A stretch of DNA of 63,998 bases, counting the filler, from Malassezia furfur (Eukaryota), in the NCBI GenBank assembly GCA_052055015.1. It is 3 parts of 3 records of this genome, joined end to end, with 100 filler letters (N's around TTAATTAATTAA, not from the genome) between each part and the next. Parts side by side here need not be neighbours in the genome. Positions count along the whole stretch, not along the records: positions 44,446 to 63,998 come from JBQJIT010000187.1; 2 more parts are not named here. The stretch is one strand, 5' to 3'. The notes under the pieces were generated by a model. It was not told the origin of the DNA, did not search any database, and saw only the letters and a list, made by a program, of their open reading frames with translations. Position numbers and translations under genes: made by a program. This document shows positions 61,850-63,998 of the stretch, piece after piece; position 1 is the first letter of the stretch; every line of letters starts with the position of its first letter.

Positions 61850-63518
61850 TTAGCCTGTCTCTCTACGGATTTTTCGCACACACCGCGCGAGCGACACCCG
61901 CGGCGCCGCACGCCAGTCGTCGGCGTATGCCACAGCGGCGGCCGGCGGCGCATGACGGTCGGGCAGCGGCGCAACGTGACGCGCAGGAACCTCGCGCTTC
62001 AGCACGCCGTACGCCGTGCAGATGCGATAGCCGCGGTCAGACCGGTGTCCGACCACCAGCCCCGGAATGCGGTAGTCGTCGAGCGGTGCTCGGTCAATGC
62101 CGTGCACGGCCACACTCACCGGTGTGCCCGGCGTATACGGTGTGTACGCGTGCCGGCGCTCCCAAGCATGCACCATGCGCCGCTGCTCCTTGGCGATGTG
62201 GTCACGCGTCTCACCTTCGACCTCGGTCGAAGCCAAGAACGCCGCCGTCTCCGGCGCATCCGAAGCGCCGTCGGGATCGGCAGAACCTAGGACCAGGTCC
62301 TCGGTCACAGGCAACGCCCGCCGGAGAATCGGCCGCCGTGAAAAGACAACCTCGTAGGGCGTCTTACCAACGGTCGTGTGCTTCGACATATTGCAAGCCA
62401 TAGCAATGGATGACAGCGACTGTGTCCAGTGCCGCTGGTGAAAGCGGCGGCACCACTTGGCAATCAACCGCCGCACATGGCCATTCGCGCGCTCTACGAG
62501 GCCCTGACTCCGTGGACGCCCCGGAGACCCGCGACGGATCACGATGTGGTGCTCGCGCGCAATGCGCGCGATAGCTTCATTTACAAACGCCTCACCATTG
62601 TCCATTTGCAGTACCGCCGGCGGTCCGAGCATGGCCATCCACTCGAGAAGGTAGCGAACCACCTCTCCTTGTGTCCCCTGTTTGAGAGGATACAACATGC
62701 AGAACCGCGAAAAGTGGTCCTTGATGTGCAGGATCCACTGGTACTCGCCATCAGGCTCACGGCGCATATCGATCATGTCCACTTGTACTCGCTCCATGAC
62801 TCGCTGTGTCACAATCGCTTGGATGGGTGCGGGGCGGAGACCCTGGCGTTGCCGCTGGCATAATTGGCATTGCCGGATGACATAGTCGACTACCCGTTTC
62901 GGGATACCTTGATACCGGCTTGAGATCTCGTGCCATGTCTTGTTTGTACCCTGATGATGAATGGCATTGTGCTCCTGGACAATCGTGTCCACGATGCGCG
63001 GCTGCGGAACGACGATGAGCGCGCCTTTGCGTTCGCGAGCATGGTAGAAGAGTTCATCATGATCGTTCAGGGTATAGCTGCGGCGTGTGCGATGTACAAA
63101 GGATGCAGTGCAGGCCGGGAGTGCTTTCAAGATCGAGGAAAGACTCTGCGACTCAGCGAGAAGCTGGAGAATGCGGATCCGGCTGTGGTATTGCTCCAGT
63201 GGCACGACACTCCGGAACGCCTGAGTGGCTAGCCAGGCTTGAATCGAGGTCTTCAGTTCTGCCGAAAATCCCGTGTCTTGGTGCTGAACGGATGGTGACG
63301 GAAGACACAGCGTATCCGAACCACAGGAATGCATGGCATCGCACTCCTCACCGATTACCCCACAGTTGCGTGGATTGCGGGCACGATCCCCAACCCGATA
63401 CAGGGCAGACGGGTAGTGGTGGAACCTGGGCAAGTGAAGAAAAAAACAATCCCGGTAGGTACCAGGAGCTCGGCTGGACGTCGTCGCCTGTGGCGTTTGA
63501 TTTAGAATAGGGCATCAT
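61850..63518 (-). mobile_element. Stand-alone integrase/transposase gene (HHCC + rve DD35E; Ginger2/KRBA2-like), 2 exons
   Basis: EHNAIHH..CQLC zinc finger; QVDMID, QMDNG and SQGLVE with exact D-35-E spacing; no RT, RNase H or gag. Exon 1 (63518-63463) joins in frame via intron 63426-63462. Confidence 0.85.
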
Positions 63519-63943
63519 TAGAGCAAGGAGGCAGGCAGTTCAAAAAAGTTTAATTAATTTCGAAGATCGTGGAGGAAAATCAATAAATGTTCGCCGCCGA
63601 CCGGGAACATAGCCCAGTCAAAAAGGCACCAGGACGACTTGGCCAGGGAGTATCGTCCAGCTCAGTTGTACCGCCTTAGTGCTAGTACAAAAAGCATTGC
63701 ATGAGAAAGAACCATAAGAAGAACGCATCGGGTGTTTAGGGCACTCCTGCACAACCAACGAACCAAAAGGTAGCGAACAGAACACACCTCCATTAGGCAA
63801 GAAAGTTCACGACTGGAATACCCTTTGGTTCAGACCATGTTCACCAAAATAACTCAAGTGTTGTCATAGCCTGCATGTAGTAGCCATCACAGGCAACAAC
63901 TACCCTGAGAAAAATCAAAATGAGGAAACACGACATTAAAAGA

Positions 63944-63998
63944 ATACCATGCTTAACTTCGCAGATCGGACGGGATACGGTGTTTTCATGGTTCTGTG
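63944..63998 (-). rRNA. 5S rRNA 5'-half fragment (runs off the window at its 5' end, truncated after box A)
   Basis: Minus strand reads CACAGAACCATGAAAACACCGTATCCCGTCCGATCTGCGAAGTTAAGCATGGTAT, matching fungal 5S nt ~10-64, then diverges into TCTTTTAA. Confidence 0.85.

Noticed and set aside
63549..63560. TTAATTAA resembling the contig linker
   Set aside because: Not the full 12-mer and no flanking Ns; more likely an AT-rich promoter element of the integrase gene.
63648..63675. GTATCG..GCTCAGTTGTAC as the missing 5S 3' half
   Set aside because: Short, gapped, on the opposite strand and lacking box C; consistent with chance.
61850..63998. LTR retrotransposon
   Set aside because: No gag, protease, RT, RNase H or LTRs seen, and the gene appears to contain an intron.

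Overview
Eukaryotic (fungal) nuclear DNA: GC-rich, extremely gene-dense, with short spliceosomal introns. Gene content and style suggest a Malassezia-like basidiomycete yeast (inference). Three contigs are joined by artificial N44-TTAATTAATTAA-N44 linkers (22135-22234, 44346-44445). About 30 mostly housekeeping genes are recognisable, including SVP26, VPS37, VTC1, a PPIL3-type cyclophilin, RTP1, a GDPD, PPT1, ALE1, VPS17, SNRNP40, EFL1, CCT3, PMA1, TIM22, RPT2, KDM5, NUP188, an arrestin, TUM1, UBC12, MAP2, PIG-X, 6PF2K/FBPase-2, TCD and RPA190. Most notable: (1) at the right end, an intron-containing stand-alone HHCC+DD(35)E integrase gene (Ginger2/KRBA2-like) lies about 430 bp downstream of a co-oriented 5S rRNA sequence that breaks off just after box A; (2) ultra-short introns, with 33 of 44 hand-reconstructed coding introns at 21-27 nt, a relaxed CTNAC branch point, a 23-nt GC-AG intron and an 11-nt micro-exon; (3) extreme compaction, with divergent ATGs 23 bp apart, overlapping stop codons, and recurrent CACGTG boxes in the tiny promoters. 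All gene models were made by hand; no database searches were run.
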